A stretch of 64,000 nucleotides of DNA, taken from the NCBI GenBank assembly GCA_030765185.1, contig JAVCDE010000024.1, positions 315,538-379,537 of the forward strand, written 5' to 3'. Positions 47,607 to 58,391 of this stretch are shown here, piece after piece (within the stretch, counting starts at the first letter, position 1; the number at the start of each line of letters is the position of its first letter). Source of the stretch: Candidatus Aceula meridiana (GTDB lineage: Bacteria; Omnitrophota; Gorgyraeia; Zapsychrales; Aceulaceae). A program made the translations under genes and the position numbers. The notes below the pieces were generated by a model that saw only the letters and a program-made list of their open reading frames with translations, searched no databases and was not told the DNA's origin.

Positions 47607-48064
47607 TCTTTAATCTCCTTTAAAATCTCTCGAGAGCGTTTGTCTTTGGCTGATAGCGTGAATATTCTTTCGTGGTCGCTAACATGTTTGGCTTTAATCC
47701 CTAAGAAATCCTTAGGTAAGAAATCCCCAAGTTTATCCGCCCATTCAATAACCGAAATTCCGTTATCATAAAGAAACTCCTCTAATCCAAATGTTTCAAG
47801 TTCGCCGGGCCTTTCAATGCGATAAAAATCAAAATGATAAAGCGGACATTTTCCTTCATAGATATTCATCAAAGTAAACGTTGGGCTGCTCACCTTATTG
47901 CTTGAAATGTTAAGACCTGCTGCGATGCCTTTAGTGAGGCTTGTTTTTCCCGAACCAAGCTCGCCAAAAAGACAGACAATGTCGCCGGGCTTTAAATATT
48001 TCGCTAAGCGAGTGCCAAGCGCAATGGTTTCCTTGTAGTGTTTGGAAAGAATTTTCTTATGCAT
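47603..48064 (-). CDS. tsaE: tRNA threonylcarbamoyladenosine biosynthesis protein TsaE (YjeE)
   Basis: P-loop [15 protein letters not shown]; 153 aa. Confidence 0.8.
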   Translation of the reverse strand: MHKKILSKHYKETIALGTRLAKYLKPGDIVCLFGELGSGKTSLTKGIAAGLNISSNKVSSPTFTLMNIYEGKCPLYHFDFYRIERPGELETFGLEEFLYDNGISVIEWADKLGDFLPKDFLGIKAKHVSDHERIFTLSAKDKRSREILKEIKD

Positions 48065-48165
48065 AGCTAATATTTAGCAAACATTGAGTTCTTGAAGCGA
48101 GTTGAGCTTAGGCTCCATAAAAAACCATCCTCTAAGCCGAAAGGGCTCAATGTTTGCTCATTTTC

Positions 48166-49068
48166 TCAAAGATGCTGATAACCTTTAACTTTTGTTCTTT
48201 TTATTTTTCCGGCTTCACATTTAAACCAAACACCCTTTTGAGTCGTGACTTCGCCAACGCAAAAACACTTTAGCTTCTTTTGTCGGAAAAGCTTTTTAGC
48301 CTTTTGAGGCGATACGGTAAAAATAAGTTCAAAATCTTCGCCATCATAAAGCGCTTGGGCCAAAGTTACTCGTGGATTGCGAGGAATGCTTGCCTCATCA
48401 AGAATTGCGCCAAGCTTGCTTTGTTCTAAAATATGATTTAAATCGGCTACAAGCCCATCAGAGACATCAATCATAGCAGTTGGCTTAAAAGACTTAACCA
48501 AAATTTGAGCCTCTTTTGTCCTCGGTGTAAACTTAAGATGCTTTCCTGTTTTCAAAGAGCGGCCCAGCGATCCTGTCACAAAAATCTTATCTTTCGCTTT
48601 CGCACCACAGCGCAAAACCAAATTCTTTTTTTCAACCTCGCCTGTGAGCGTAATATTAATTACAAGTTTTTCTGATGATACCGTGTCTCCGCCAACTACG
48701 CTTACACCAAACTTTTTTGCTAAGCCGTTAATGCCTCGATAAATATCCTTAATAGCGTGCAGACAAGTATTTTTAGAAACCCCTAAAGATACAACAGCAA
48801 ATTTTGGCACTCCCCCCATAGCGGCGATGTCGCTGATATTAACAGCTAAAGCCTTTTGACCAATAAGTTTATAGTTATCTTTTTTTGTAAAATGCACATT
48901 TTCGATGAGCATATCTGTTGTCAGAAGAAAGTGCTTCTTTCTATTTAAAGGCAGCACCGCAGTATCATCACCGATGCCCTTGATAACTTCTTTTCCAACA
49001 GGTACGCTTTTTTTGATGACATCAATAAGGCCAAACTCTCTCAAACCTATCAGAGATCTTTTTTTCAT
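48166..49068 (-). CDS. thiL: thiamine-monophosphate kinase
   Basis: AIR-synthase-related fold; IGDDTAVL...TTDMLIENVHF motif. Confidence 0.7.
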   Translation of the reverse strand: MKKRSLIGLREFGLIDVIKKSVPVGKEVIKGIGDDTAVLPLNRKKHFLLTTDMLIENVHFTKKDNYKLIGQKALAVNISDIAAMGGVPKFAVVSLGVSKNTCLHAIKDIYRGINGLAKKFGVSVVGGDTVSSEKLVINITLTGEVEKKNLVLRCGAKAKDKIFVTGSLGRSLKTGKHLKFTPRTKEAQILVKSFKPTAMIDVSDGLVADLNHILEQSKLGAILDEASIPRNPRVTLAQALYDGEDFELIFTVSPQKAKKLFRQKKLKCFCVGEVTTQKGVWFKCEAGKIKRTKVKGYQHL

Positions 49069-50102
49069 TTAAACAATCTCTTAATCTTTTTGGCATTAGG
49101 CGCGCGTACAACGCCGCACTCGGTGACAATTCCGGTAATCAAATTACGCGGGGTTACATCAAATGCCGGATTATAAACTTTAATATTTTTAGGTGCGGTG
49201 CGTTTTCCGGCTATAGTTGTAACTTCATTAGGGTCTCTCCGCTCTATTGGGATACTTTTGCCAGTTTTTATTTTAGTATCAAAAGTTGACAATGGGGCTA
49301 CCACATAAAACGGAACTTTATGATGCTTAGCCAAAACCGCTAAATTATATGTTCCAATTTTATTAGCGCTATCGCCGTTTAAGGCAATACGGTCAGCGCC
49401 TGTAAAAATCATATCAACTTTCTTCTGCTGCATCAGAGTTGCTGCCATGTTATCACAAATCAGCGTGACATCAATTTTCTGTTTTTGAAGCTCCCAGGCG
49501 GTGAGTCTTGCGCCTTGTAAGAGCGGACGCGTTTCGCAGGCGAACACTTTAAATCTTTTTTTCTTTTGTTTTGCTGAATAAAAGACACCTAAAGCTGTTC
49601 CGTAGTCAACAGTAGCCAGTGCCCCGGCGTTACAAATTGTCATCAATGTTTGTCCGTCTTTAACAAGCTTGGCACCGTTTGCGCCCATTTGCCGGCAAAC
49701 TTTCTTGTCATGGTTAAAAATTCCCATGGCTTTGACTTTAAACTTCTTCTTTAAGGCATCGACGCTTGCGCTGGGATTTTTAAGAGCAACGTCTTCCATA
49801 TCGGAAAGAGCGTTGAATAAATTAACTGCCGTAGGCCTCGAGGAGCCAATATAATTACAAATTTTCTTCAGTTCCTTATCGAAAACTTTCCTATTCTGCG
49901 TTTTAATTCTTTTGATTCCTAAAAGCACGCCAAAGGCCGCTGCAGCTCCTAGGGCCGGTGCGCCGCGCACAGCCAGCGTCTTAATAGCGGACCAAAGTGC
50001 TTTGGTATCTTTACAGGTTAGAAATTTTAATTGGTTAGGAAGTTTTCTTTGGTCAATGATGCGAACTGCACCGCTAACCCATTGGATAGTCGGAATTGAC
50101 AT
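49065..50102 (-). CDS. mtnA: S-methyl-5-thioribose-1-phosphate isomerase / eIF-2B-family protein
   Basis: eIF-2B alpha/beta/delta family pattern (RPTAVNL, GAD.IA.NGD..NKIGTY..A..A). Confidence 0.7.
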   Translation of the reverse strand: MSIPTIQWVSGAVRIIDQRKLPNQLKFLTCKDTKALWSAIKTLAVRGAPALGAAAAFGVLLGIKRIKTQNRKVFDKELKKICNYIGSSRPTAVNLFNALSDMEDVALKNPSASVDALKKKFKVKAMGIFNHDKKVCRQMGANGAKLVKDGQTLMTICNAGALATVDYGTALGVFYSAKQKKKRFKVFACETRPLLQGARLTAWELQKQKIDVTLICDNMAATLMQQKKVDMIFTGADRIALNGDSANKIGTYNLAVLAKHHKVPFYVVAPLSTFDTKIKTGKSIPIERRDPNEVTTIAGKRTAPKNIKVYNPAFDVTPRNLITGIVTECGVVRAPNAKKIKRLFK

Positions 50103-50103
50103 C

Positions 50104-51609
50104 TTAAGCGTCCTTATTCATTTCGATTCTTGGAAACAGAGCTTCATGGGTTTCAAGCTTTGTCCCGCTTTTAAGCCCACCCCATTTTGCTGTTGTTGAA
50201 ACAGCTCCTAAAATTTTTAACGCTTCTTCTGTTTTAGACGGCATTACCGGACTCAAATGCACAGCACTTGCGCGCATGGTTTCGGTAGCCACATAAAGAA
50301 TAGTGCCAGCACGCGCAAGGTCCTCTTTTGCAACTTTCCAAGGAGCCTGCCTCTCTAAATAAGTATTCACATGACGCACAACTTTCATAACAACTTCAAT
50401 GGCATCGTGAACACGCATCTTCTCAATTTGCTCTTTTATTTCACTGCTAAGGGCATTGACCTGCGCTTGAATATCTTTATCTTCTACGGTTAGCTTTTGA
50501 GGCTCAGGAATCTTTCCATCAAAATATTTTCCGATTAGTCCGCTGACACGATTCAGGAGATTGCCGAAATCATTGGCCAAATCGCTGTTGTATCGTTTGA
50601 TAAAAGATTCCAATGAAAAATTAGCATCAGCACCTAAAACCATTTCGCGCATGAGATAATACCGCACGCTGTCTACGCCATATTGATCGACCAAATCAAG
50701 CGGGTTGACCACATTACCTAAAGATTTGCTCATCTTTGTTTCACTAATAAGCCACCAGCCATGCGCGAATATTTTCTTAGGAAGTGGTAGCCCCAATGAA
50801 AAAAGCATTGTCGGCCAATAAACGCAATGCGTGGTTAAAATATCTTTAGCCATCAAGTGCACAGACAAAGTCCACCAGGTATCAAATTTCTTTTGATCGC
50901 TATTAAATCCAATGCCGGTAATATAATTTAAAAGCGCATCAAACCAAACATAGGTCACATAATCACTATCAAACGGTAGTTCGATTCCCCAGCTCATGCG
51001 TTCTTTAGGACGAGAAATGCATAAATCATTTAAGGGTTTCTTTAAAAATCCTAAAACTTCATTTTTTCGGTGTTCCGGCTGAATAAAATCGGGGTGTTCA
51101 TTGATGTGGTCAACAAGCTTTTGCTGATATTTGCTCATCTTAAAGAACCAATTGCGTTCTTTAAGGCATTTCACATCACGAAATTCGCCAGACTCTTTTT
51201 CGGTCTCAGTAATAAAACGTTCTTCAGCTACCGAGTACCATCCTTCGTACTCATCAGCATAAATATCTCCTGAATCATAAACTTTTTGCAAGACAGCCTT
51301 CACAACTTTGATATGACGGTCTTGTGTGGTGCGAATAAAATCATCATTTTGAATCTCAAGTTTTTTCCACAATTCCGTAAAGCGTGGTGCCAAGTCATCA
51401 CAATGATCTTGCTCGCTCATAGACCTTTTTTGAGCAGCCTGCTGAACTTTTTGCCCATGCTCATCTAAACCTGTTAAGAAAAAAACCTGGTCCCCTTCTG
51501 CCTTATGATAACGCGCAAGCACATCGGCTAAAATCGTAGTATAAGCATGGCCGATATGCGGCTTATCATTAACATAATAAATAGGAGTTGTGATATAAAT
51601 TTTACTCAT
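50104..51609 (-). CDS. metG: methionine--tRNA ligase
   Basis: class I HIGH (HIGHAYT) and KMSKS motifs; 501 aa. Confidence 0.95.
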   Translation of the reverse strand: MSKIYITTPIYYVNDKPHIGHAYTTILADVLARYHKAEGDQVFFLTGLDEHGQKVQQAAQKRSMSEQDHCDDLAPRFTELWKKLEIQNDDFIRTTQDRHIKVVKAVLQKVYDSGDIYADEYEGWYSVAEERFITETEKESGEFRDVKCLKERNWFFKMSKYQQKLVDHINEHPDFIQPEHRKNEVLGFLKKPLNDLCISRPKERMSWGIELPFDSDYVTYVWFDALLNYITGIGFNSDQKKFDTWWTLSVHLMAKDILTTHCVYWPTMLFSLGLPLPKKIFAHGWWLISETKMSKSLGNVVNPLDLVDQYGVDSVRYYLMREMVLGADANFSLESFIKRYNSDLANDFGNLLNRVSGLIGKYFDGKIPEPQKLTVEDKDIQAQVNALSSEIKEQIEKMRVHDAIEVVMKVVRHVNTYLERQAPWKVAKEDLARAGTILYVATETMRASAVHLSPVMPSKTEEALKILGAVSTTAKWGGLKSGTKLETHEALFPRIEMNKDA

Positions 51610-52405
51610 TTTCCTCTTCAGGTTTTCCTATTTTAACTTTTACAATCTTACCTTCTCCTAAATCCACTTTAACGGTTTGCGTTAAAAAGTTAGAATCAAT
51701 CACCTTGCCACGACCATCTGGCGTATTCATCTTTGATCCCTTCCGGGGCATGGTCTTGGCATATTGTTTATAGAGGGGAAATTCATACGCCATACAACAT
51801 TTAATGCGACCGCAAACACCGGAAATTCTCGACGGATTAATAGGTAAATTTTGCTCTTTGGCCATCTTAATTGTCAGTGGGTGAAATTCCTTCATATAAG
51901 ACGAGCAGCAAAAATTCCGTCCGCAAGAGCCAATGCCGCCGACAGTCTTTGCTTGATCACGCACACCGATCTGCTTTAGTTCAATGCGAGCCCGAAAAAT
52001 ACCAGCAAGCTCTTTGACCAAATTTCGAAAATCCACGCGTTCATCCGCAATAAAGAAAAAGACAACCTTGTTATTATCAAAGCTATACTCACAATGAACG
52101 ACCTTCATTTCTAATTTTTGTTCTTCAACTTTCTTGACGCAGGTTTCCATGGCCTCTTTGGATTTTTCTCTATTTTTCTCAATGCGGCCAAGGTCCTCTT
52201 CGCTAGCAAGCCTCAATACTTTTCCGGGAAGATTTTCAATCTTTCCTTCTGGCAAAGTATCAGCCTCAGATATTACTTTTCCAAATTCTGTACCTCGGTC
52301 AATATTCAAAACAACATAATCACCGCGCTTGCATTCCATATCTCTAATATTATAAAGGGAGACACCGCGATACTCGCCGAGCTGCACCTGAACTACTTTT
52401 TCCAT
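51602..52405 (-). CDS. PSP1 domain protein (YaaT/RicT-like)
   Basis: PSP1 C-terminal pattern with Cys-rich segment GSCGRNFCCSSY...GVCGRIKCC; located after holB as in Bacillus yaaT. Confidence 0.7.
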   Translation of the reverse strand: MEKVVQVQLGEYRGVSLYNIRDMECKRGDYVVLNIDRGTEFGKVISEADTLPEGKIENLPGKVLRLASEEDLGRIEKNREKSKEAMETCVKKVEEQKLEMKVVHCEYSFDNNKVVFFFIADERVDFRNLVKELAGIFRARIELKQIGVRDQAKTVGGIGSCGRNFCCSSYMKEFHPLTIKMAKEQNLPINPSRISGVCGRIKCCMAYEFPLYKQYAKTMPRKGSKMNTPDGRGKVIDSNFLTQTVKVDLGEGKIVKVKIGKPEEENE

Positions 52406-53358
52406 GCTTTCTCCTTAATCAAAGTTAAAGGGATTTTAACGTTAAAATTATCCTGTACAGCGCGTGTCGCCGTTGTAATATCCGTTAAAATCTTCTCAAC
52501 ATCGTCAAATGAATACTTTTCTTTAATCGCTCCTAAATCTTCACTTCGATCAAAATGAATAAGTTTTTCTTTAGGAACATCTAATTTTATTAATGCTAAA
52601 TCTTTAAACCAGCAAAAAAGAAACCACAAAGCCTCTTTGGCTTCAGCCTTATCTCTGACGATTTCTTTGATATATTCCTCCGCATCCGGAGCAAAAACAA
52701 ATTCGTCAATGACACGATTCTTACGAATAAAAATATCTTTAAAGTCTTGCTCCGAAATCTTTCCCAAACATCCTTCAGAAGAATACGCTAAGAAGTGTGA
52801 AATTTCATCCCCCTGTTTGTGCTCTTTAATCAGGCTCTTTTTAAGCTCCTTAGGCCCAAGTGGAAAAAAACTCATCAGCTGACAACGTGATTTTACCGTC
52901 GATAAAACTCTCTCTAAAACAGACGTTGTCAAAAGAATCAAACTGTTCGATGTTGGTTCTTCCAATGTTTTCAAAAGAGCATTGCTCGCCTCAAGAGTTA
53001 AATTCTCAGAATCTTTGATAATAAAAACTTTTGTCTTAGCCTCAAAAGCACGAAGCTGAACACGGCTTAGCATCTGGCGGACATTTTGAATTTTAATCGG
53101 TTCACCATCAAAACCGAAAGCATGAACATCCGGATGCTGCCCGTTATTAATTTTTACACAAGAACTACACTCATCACACGGCATTGCATTTTTTGCTTCT
53201 TCGCAGTTGACAAGCTTAGCGACTTCAAAGGCTGTTTCACTTTTGCCGACTTTTTTAGGCCCTACAAAAAGATAGGCATGAGCTAAGCGGCCACTCTTAA
53301 AAAACAAAGAAAATCTCTCAACAATCGCTTCTGAGAATTGTACAGTGTTGACGCTCAT
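52393..53358 (-). CDS. holB: DNA polymerase III subunit delta'
   Basis: AAA+ N-terminus HAYLFVGPKKVGKSE.A...A; zinc-module Cys (CDECSSC); follows tmk. Confidence 0.75.
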   Translation of the reverse strand: MSVNTVQFSEAIVERFSLFFKSGRLAHAYLFVGPKKVGKSETAFEVAKLVNCEEAKNAMPCDECSSCVKINNGQHPDVHAFGFDGEPIKIQNVRQMLSRVQLRAFEAKTKVFIIKDSENLTLEASNALLKTLEEPTSNSLILLTTSVLERVLSTVKSRCQLMSFFPLGPKELKKSLIKEHKQGDEISHFLAYSSEGCLGKISEQDFKDIFIRKNRVIDEFVFAPDAEEYIKEIVRDKAEAKEALWFLFCWFKDLALIKLDVPKEKLIHFDRSEDLGAIKEKYSFDDVEKILTDITTATRAVQDNFNVKIPLTLIKEKAWKK

Positions 53359-53984
53359 ATCTTAAATAGCTTTTCAACATAGCCTCGAATACAATCTTCG
53401 ATTTTCTCGCGGCTTTGATTCGCTTTAATAACTTTAACCCGACCAGGATTCTTTTTGGCAATTGCTAAATATCCGCGACGCACCTTATTGTGATATTTCA
53501 AAGATCTTTGCTCAATGCGGTCTTTTGTTTGCAAAATACGAGAAAGGCCCTTATGTGTTGGCATGTCTAATAAAAATGTTAAATGAGGTTTAAGTTCTCG
53601 TGTGGCAAACTTTCCAATAATGTTAATAAATCCGATATCAACGCCACACCCATAACCTTGATAAGCAAGAGTTGAATCTAAAAACCTGTCGCAGACAACA
53701 ACCATGCCTTTTTGCAAAGCCGGTAAAACAATCTCATCAACCAACTGCGCGCGTGCTGCCATATACAAAAGAACCTCGCACTCTTTGGTCATGCTTTTAT
53801 TTTTTACATCTAAAAGAATGCTTCGGATACGCTCACTAATTTTAATGCCACCTGGCTCACGCAAATGCAAAACCTTTTTTTTTCTCTTCTTAAGATAGCT
53901 GCACAAAAGCTTTGCCTGTGTACTTTTACCGCACCCTTCTGAGCCTTCCAGCGTTATAAAGATCCCTTTTAGCTTCTTCGCCAT
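53355..53984 (-). CDS. tmk: thymidylate kinase
   Basis: P-loop ITLEGSEGCGKST; DR(F/Y) motif; 209 aa. Confidence 0.9.
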   Translation of the reverse strand: MAKKLKGIFITLEGSEGCGKSTQAKLLCSYLKKRKKKVLHLREPGGIKISERIRSILLDVKNKSMTKECEVLLYMAARAQLVDEIVLPALQKGMVVVCDRFLDSTLAYQGYGCGVDIGFINIIGKFATRELKPHLTFLLDMPTHKGLSRILQTKDRIEQRSLKYHNKVRRGYLAIAKKNPGRVKVIKANQSREKIEDCIRGYVEKLFKI

Positions 53985-55345
53985 GTCTGCCCTTCTTTGC
54001 CGTCCTCAACGATAATCCCTTTTTCTTTCAAAATATCCCGAAGCTCATCAGATCGCTTAAAATCTTTATTTTTGCGTGCTTGGGCGCGCTCTTCTAAAAG
54101 CTTTTCTTCGTCAGTTGCCAATGCCTTCTCTTCAAAATCCATCGAAAGTCCCAAAACATCACGCGCAAGAGATTGAATAAGACCATTCGCCTGCGACAGC
54201 ACAACATTATCTTTTGCCTTATTAGCCAGCGTCACCATTTCAAAAAAACAAGCCAACGCCCTTGGTGTATTAAAATCATCATCCATCGCCGCCATGAACT
54301 CTTGGCGTTGCTTTTCGATCTCTGGCGGCAAATTCCTACCGTCTTTCGATGCTTCCGTATTCTTTGCCTCGGCGTTAAGAATTTTAAACCGTTCGATATT
54401 CTTGCGCATATCCGCCATCTTCTCTTCGCTAAAATCAATCGGTGAAGCATAATGAGATGAAAGAAAGAAAAATTTTAACTCATCAGCAGAATACTTCTTT
54501 AATGCATCTTCAATAGTAATAAAATTTCCTACGGACTTGGCCATTTTTTGGCCATCAATAGTCAAAAGCCCATGATGAATCCAATATTTGGCGAATGGTT
54601 TTCCTGTTAAGGCTTCAGATTGCGCGATTTCATTCTCATGGTGTGGAAAAATAAGGTCGCGTCCGCCGGCGTGAATATCCAAAGTTTCGCATTTTAAATA
54701 TTTCATACTCATCACAGAGCACTCGATATGCCAGCCCGGACGTCCCTCGCCCCAAGGACTTGTCCAGGAAGGTTCTCCTTCTTTAGATTTCTTCCAAAGG
54801 GCAAAATCAAGTGAATCTTTTTTCTTTTCACCTTTATCGATGCGCACACCTTCAAGCATCTTATCGACACTTTGCCCGGAAAGTTTCCCATAATCTTTAA
54901 AAGAACGGACAGAAAAATATACATCTCCGTCAGAGGCATAGGCATGGCCTTTTCCAATAAGCTTTTCAATATGCACAATCATATCCGGGATGCTTTCAGT
55001 GGCCTTAGGCTCAACATCAGCACGATTAACTTCCAATGCATTTAAATCTTCATAGTAGGACTTGATATTATTTTCAGAAACTTCTTTTGCGCTTAAGCCT
55101 AATTCATTAGCTTTATTAATAATTTTATCGTCGATGTCTGTAATGTTGCGGATAAAATTAACCTTAAAGCCCTGATGCTTAAGGTAGCGACGAATCACAT
55201 CAAAAATATAAAGGCTACGCGCATGGCCAATATGACAGCGGTCATACACTGTGACCCCGCAAGAATACATATTAATATTTTTGGCCTTAATCGGCTGAAG
55301 TTCTTCTTTTTTCTTTGTGATAGAATTTGTAATAACAATGCTCAC
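53969..55345 (-). CDS. cysS: cysteine--tRNA ligase
   Basis: HIGH (HIGHARS) and KMSKS (KMAKSVGN) motifs; zinc ligand Cys; 458 aa. Confidence 0.95.
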   Translation of the reverse strand: MSIVITNSITKKKEELQPIKAKNINMYSCGVTVYDRCHIGHARSLYIFDVIRRYLKHQGFKVNFIRNITDIDDKIINKANELGLSAKEVSENNIKSYYEDLNALEVNRADVEPKATESIPDMIVHIEKLIGKGHAYASDGDVYFSVRSFKDYGKLSGQSVDKMLEGVRIDKGEKKKDSLDFALWKKSKEGEPSWTSPWGEGRPGWHIECSVMSMKYLKCETLDIHAGGRDLIFPHHENEIAQSEALTGKPFAKYWIHHGLLTIDGQKMAKSVGNFITIEDALKKYSADELKFFFLSSHYASPIDFSEEKMADMRKNIERFKILNAEAKNTEASKDGRNLPPEIEKQRQEFMAAMDDDFNTPRALACFFEMVTLANKAKDNVVLSQANGLIQSLARDVLGLSMDFEEKALATDEEKLLEERAQARKNKDFKRSDELRDILKEKGIIVEDGKEGQTWRRS

Positions 55346-55348
55346 GAA

Positions 55349-56092
55349 TTACTTCCCCTTACCCTTTTCTAGTTGTTCAATCTTCTTTCTTAACTCTTCT
55401 AATTGCTGCCAAACGGGGTCTAAAACATGGACATGATCCATGGTGTTATCAATTTTCTTGCCGTCTTGCTTAGTCACACGACCCGGAACGCCAACGACAG
55501 TAGAATTCACCGGAACATCTTTTAGAATAACTGCGTTTGAGCCAATATAAGAATTATCACCTATTTTAATATTTCCTAAAACTTTTGCTCCGGCACCAAC
55601 AACAATGTTGTTACCCAAAGTTGGATGACGCTTGCCAGTTTCTTTACCTGTTCCGCCTAAAGTTACACCCTGAAAAAGCGTAACATTTTTTCCAATGATG
55701 GTTGTTTCACCAACGACCACTCCCGTTCCATGGTCAATAAAAAGGCCCTCATTAATTGTTGCTCCAGGATGAATTTCAATCCCTGTAAAAAACCGCGCGG
55801 TCTGCGAAATAAAACGCGGCAAAAATGGTACATTCTTTTTAAAAAGAATATTTGCCAGCCGATAAGCCACAATGGCATGCAAGCCCGAGTAGAGAAAGAC
55901 AATCTGAAAATTACCCCTTGCAGCAGGATCTTTGTCTTTGGCAGATTTTATCTCATCAGAAAATTTAAACGTGACAAAAATATACCAAAGGAGAACAACG
56001 ATAATTATATTAAGTAAAAATGTCATACAAGCCCCCGTTATTAAATGGCCTCGTTTTAGCAAGGCAAATTTACCCCAGCCTCTTCTTCTCAA
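55349..56092 (-). CDS. cysE: serine O-acetyltransferase with hydrophobic N-terminal extension
   Basis: DPAAR...YSGLHAIVAYR...FFTGIEIHPGA and hexapeptide repeats; N-terminal 20 residues strongly hydrophobic. Confidence 0.85.
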   Translation of the reverse strand: MRRRGWGKFALLKRGHLITGACMTFLLNIIIVVLLWYIFVTFKFSDEIKSAKDKDPAARGNFQIVFLYSGLHAIVAYRLANILFKKNVPFLPRFISQTARFFTGIEIHPGATINEGLFIDHGTGVVVGETTIIGKNVTLFQGVTLGGTGKETGKRHPTLGNNIVVGAGAKVLGNIKIGDNSYIGSNAVILKDVPVNSTVVGVPGRVTKQDGKKIDNTMDHVHVLDPVWQQLEELRKKIEQLEKGKGK

Positions 56093-56118
56093 GAGGCGAG
56101 GGGTTTCCTTAAATCTTA

Positions 56119-56580
56119 TTAATCTGTTAACAAAACTACGGCATAAGCCGCAATAGCCTCTGGCCCTAAGCCCTCTTGCGTCTTTGCTTTAATATTAACG
56201 AGCTCTTCGCTAACATTTAAGATTTCCGCAAGTTGTGTGCGCATCTTTGGCTTAAAAGGCTTTAGATTTGGTTCATCTGCAATCACAATGGCGTCGATAT
56301 TGCTAACACTCAAATTCTTTTCATCGGCTAAAGCTTTCACAAGCTTCAAAAGTTTTGCGCTATCAATATCTTTATATTCTTCATCAGTATCTGGAAAATG
56401 TTCACCAATATCCCCTAAGCCCGTTGCGCCTAAAAGCGCATCACAAATCGCGTGAATCACAACATCTGCGTCCGAATGCCCTTCTAATCCTTTTTTAAAA
56501 GGAATATCTAGCCCACCTAAAACAAGTTTACGTCCCTCAACAAGCTTATGAATATCATATCCGATGCCAATTTTCTGCAT
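56119..56580 (-). CDS. ispF: 2-C-methyl-D-erythritol 2,4-cyclodiphosphate synthase
   Basis: [10 protein letters not shown]...GHSDADV..HA..DALLGA motifs. Confidence 0.9.
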   Translation of the reverse strand: MQKIGIGYDIHKLVEGRKLVLGGLDIPFKKGLEGHSDADVVIHAICDALLGATGLGDIGEHFPDTDEEYKDIDSAKLLKLVKALADEKNLSVSNIDAIVIADEPNLKPFKPKMRTQLAEILNVSEELVNIKAKTQEGLGPEAIAAYAVVLLTD

Positions 56581-56597
56581 TGCATTACTCCAATTTA

Positions 56598-57284
56598 TTA
56601 TTTTAATAACCCTTGCGCAAAAACAATATCTTCAGGTGTTGTAATTTTAATATTGCAATAGTCGCCATCAACAACTTTAACGCCAACTCCTAAGGCCTCC
56701 GCTAATGCAGCGTCATCAGTGGGCGTCTTATCCCCCAGCCTTTCATAAGCCTTGGCTAAAATTTCTTTTTCAAAAACTTGTGGCGTTTGCACTTCGCGCA
56801 AAGACTCTCGGTCTAATGTTTTTTGAACCATATTGGTTTTTAAATCAATGATTTTGATTGTCGGTTTAACCTTTACAGCTGCGATCGCAGCCTTGTTTTC
56901 CTGTGCTGCGATTATAACCTTAGAAAGCAAATCCTCCGTTATAAAAGGACGCGCCGCATCATGAATTACAACAAACTCGGTATCGTCATCGGAATTTTGC
57001 AGACCAGTTAAAACAGAATCACAACGTCTCTCGCCACCGGCTACAATCTCTTTGACTTTTTTAAAACCGTGTTTATCTACTTCCTCTTGAAAGGGCTCTT
57101 TCTCCCCTTGCGGCACCATAATAATGACGCTTTCGATTAAATTACTTTTTTCAAAAATCTCTAAGCTATAGCAAAAAAGCGGCTTACCCTTAAGAGGAAT
57201 CAAGGCTTTTGCTTGACCCGCTTTTAACCGAGTACCCAGCCCTGCAGCAGCTAATAATACTTGTATTTTCATGTGTAATCCCAA
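56598..57284 (-). CDS. ispD: 2-C-methyl-D-erythritol 4-phosphate cytidylyltransferase
   Basis: AAGLGTRL N-terminal motif; VIHDAARP. Confidence 0.85.
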   Translation of the reverse strand: MGLHMKIQVLLAAAGLGTRLKAGQAKALIPLKGKPLFCYSLEIFEKSNLIESVIIMVPQGEKEPFQEEVDKHGFKKVKEIVAGGERRCDSVLTGLQNSDDDTEFVVIHDAARPFITEDLLSKVIIAAQENKAAIAAVKVKPTIKIIDLKTNMVQKTLDRESLREVQTPQVFEKEILAKAYERLGDKTPTDDAALAEALGVGVKVVDGDYCNIKITTPEDIVFAQGLLK

Positions 57285-57391
57285 TTTTTAACTTAAGGTA
57301 TTTTCCTTACGTGTCCCATAATATTTCGGCTCTTGTCACTATCCGCCTAGGGATTCTCTCCTGAGGCTATAATTTTACCAAGGGATTACCT

Positions 57392-58369
57392 CTAAGTTAA
57401 TTTTGCAAAAATCATACGTCCGGCTTGTGTCTGAAGCGCAGATGTTACCTCTACGACAACTTCTTCGCCGACTTTTGCTCTTGCCTCTGAAACAACAATC
57501 ATGGTTCCATCATCTAGATATCCGACCGCTTGATTATGCTCTGTTCCTTCTTTGATAAGCTTAGTAGTAATCCTGTCTCCCGGAAAAACGACTGGCTTAA
57601 CCGCATTAGCGAGCTCATTAACATTTAAAATCTTAATACCTTGAATAGACGCATTACGATTTAAGTTAAAGTCTGTCGTACAAATTCTTGCTTCAATGCG
57701 TTTAGCCAAATGAAGAAGCTTCTCATCTACCTCTCTAATCTCTGGCAAGTCCTCCTCATGCACCTTAATGTCAATTGCTGGATCTTTTTGCATATCACGC
57801 AAAATTTCCGAGCCGCGGCGGCCTCGTTCTCTTTTGATGCTATCTTTTGAATCTGAAAGCTGTTGTAATTCTTTAAGAATAAAACGCGGGATAACTAGCC
57901 GAGCCTGAAAGAAATCTGTTTTAACAATATCCACCACGCGTCCATCGATAATTGCGCTCGTATCCAAAATAACAACATTCTCAAAAAAGTTCTCTTTGCG
58001 AAAACGCACATAAGGAATAATTAAATTAAAATCATCTTTGCCTCGAATCGCCATGGCCACGCCTAAATAACAAAACAACATCGTCATAACAACTTGTGCA
58101 AGTGATGTAAAATAGTCATCAATTGGCAGAAGCCTCAAAATATCGGTAATAAGCTTAGCTACAACCATACCCAAAAGAAGCCCAAATACCATGCTGGAAA
58201 GACCTCTTAAAGACACGCGATACATATTTGACTCAAGCGCAATAAGAATAAAGCCAAAGCCTGCCCCTGCAAGCATGCCTATCAAGGGCTGCTGCCAGAT
58301 GTCCCCGATTTGCTGGCCAACAATAACGCTAACAAGCAAGAAAAAAACACGAACAATAAGCAATGTCAT
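57392..58369 (-). CDS. PIN/TRAM-domain membrane protein (YacL-like)
   Basis: N-terminal TM helices; PIN core (ILDTSAIIDGR); C-terminal TRAM; same position as Bacillus yacL. Confidence 0.65.
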   Translation of the reverse strand: MTLLIVRVFFLLVSVIVGQQIGDIWQQPLIGMLAGAGFGFILIALESNMYRVSLRGLSSMVFGLLLGMVVAKLITDILRLLPIDDYFTSLAQVVMTMLFCYLGVAMAIRGKDDFNLIIPYVRFRKENFFENVVILDTSAIIDGRVVDIVKTDFFQARLVIPRFILKELQQLSDSKDSIKRERGRRGSEILRDMQKDPAIDIKVHEEDLPEIREVDEKLLHLAKRIEARICTTDFNLNRNASIQGIKILNVNELANAVKPVVFPGDRITTKLIKEGTEHNQAVGYLDDGTMIVVSEARAKVGEEVVVEVTSALQTQAGRMIFAKLT

Positions 58370-58391
58370 AATAACTCCTTTTTAAAAACGG

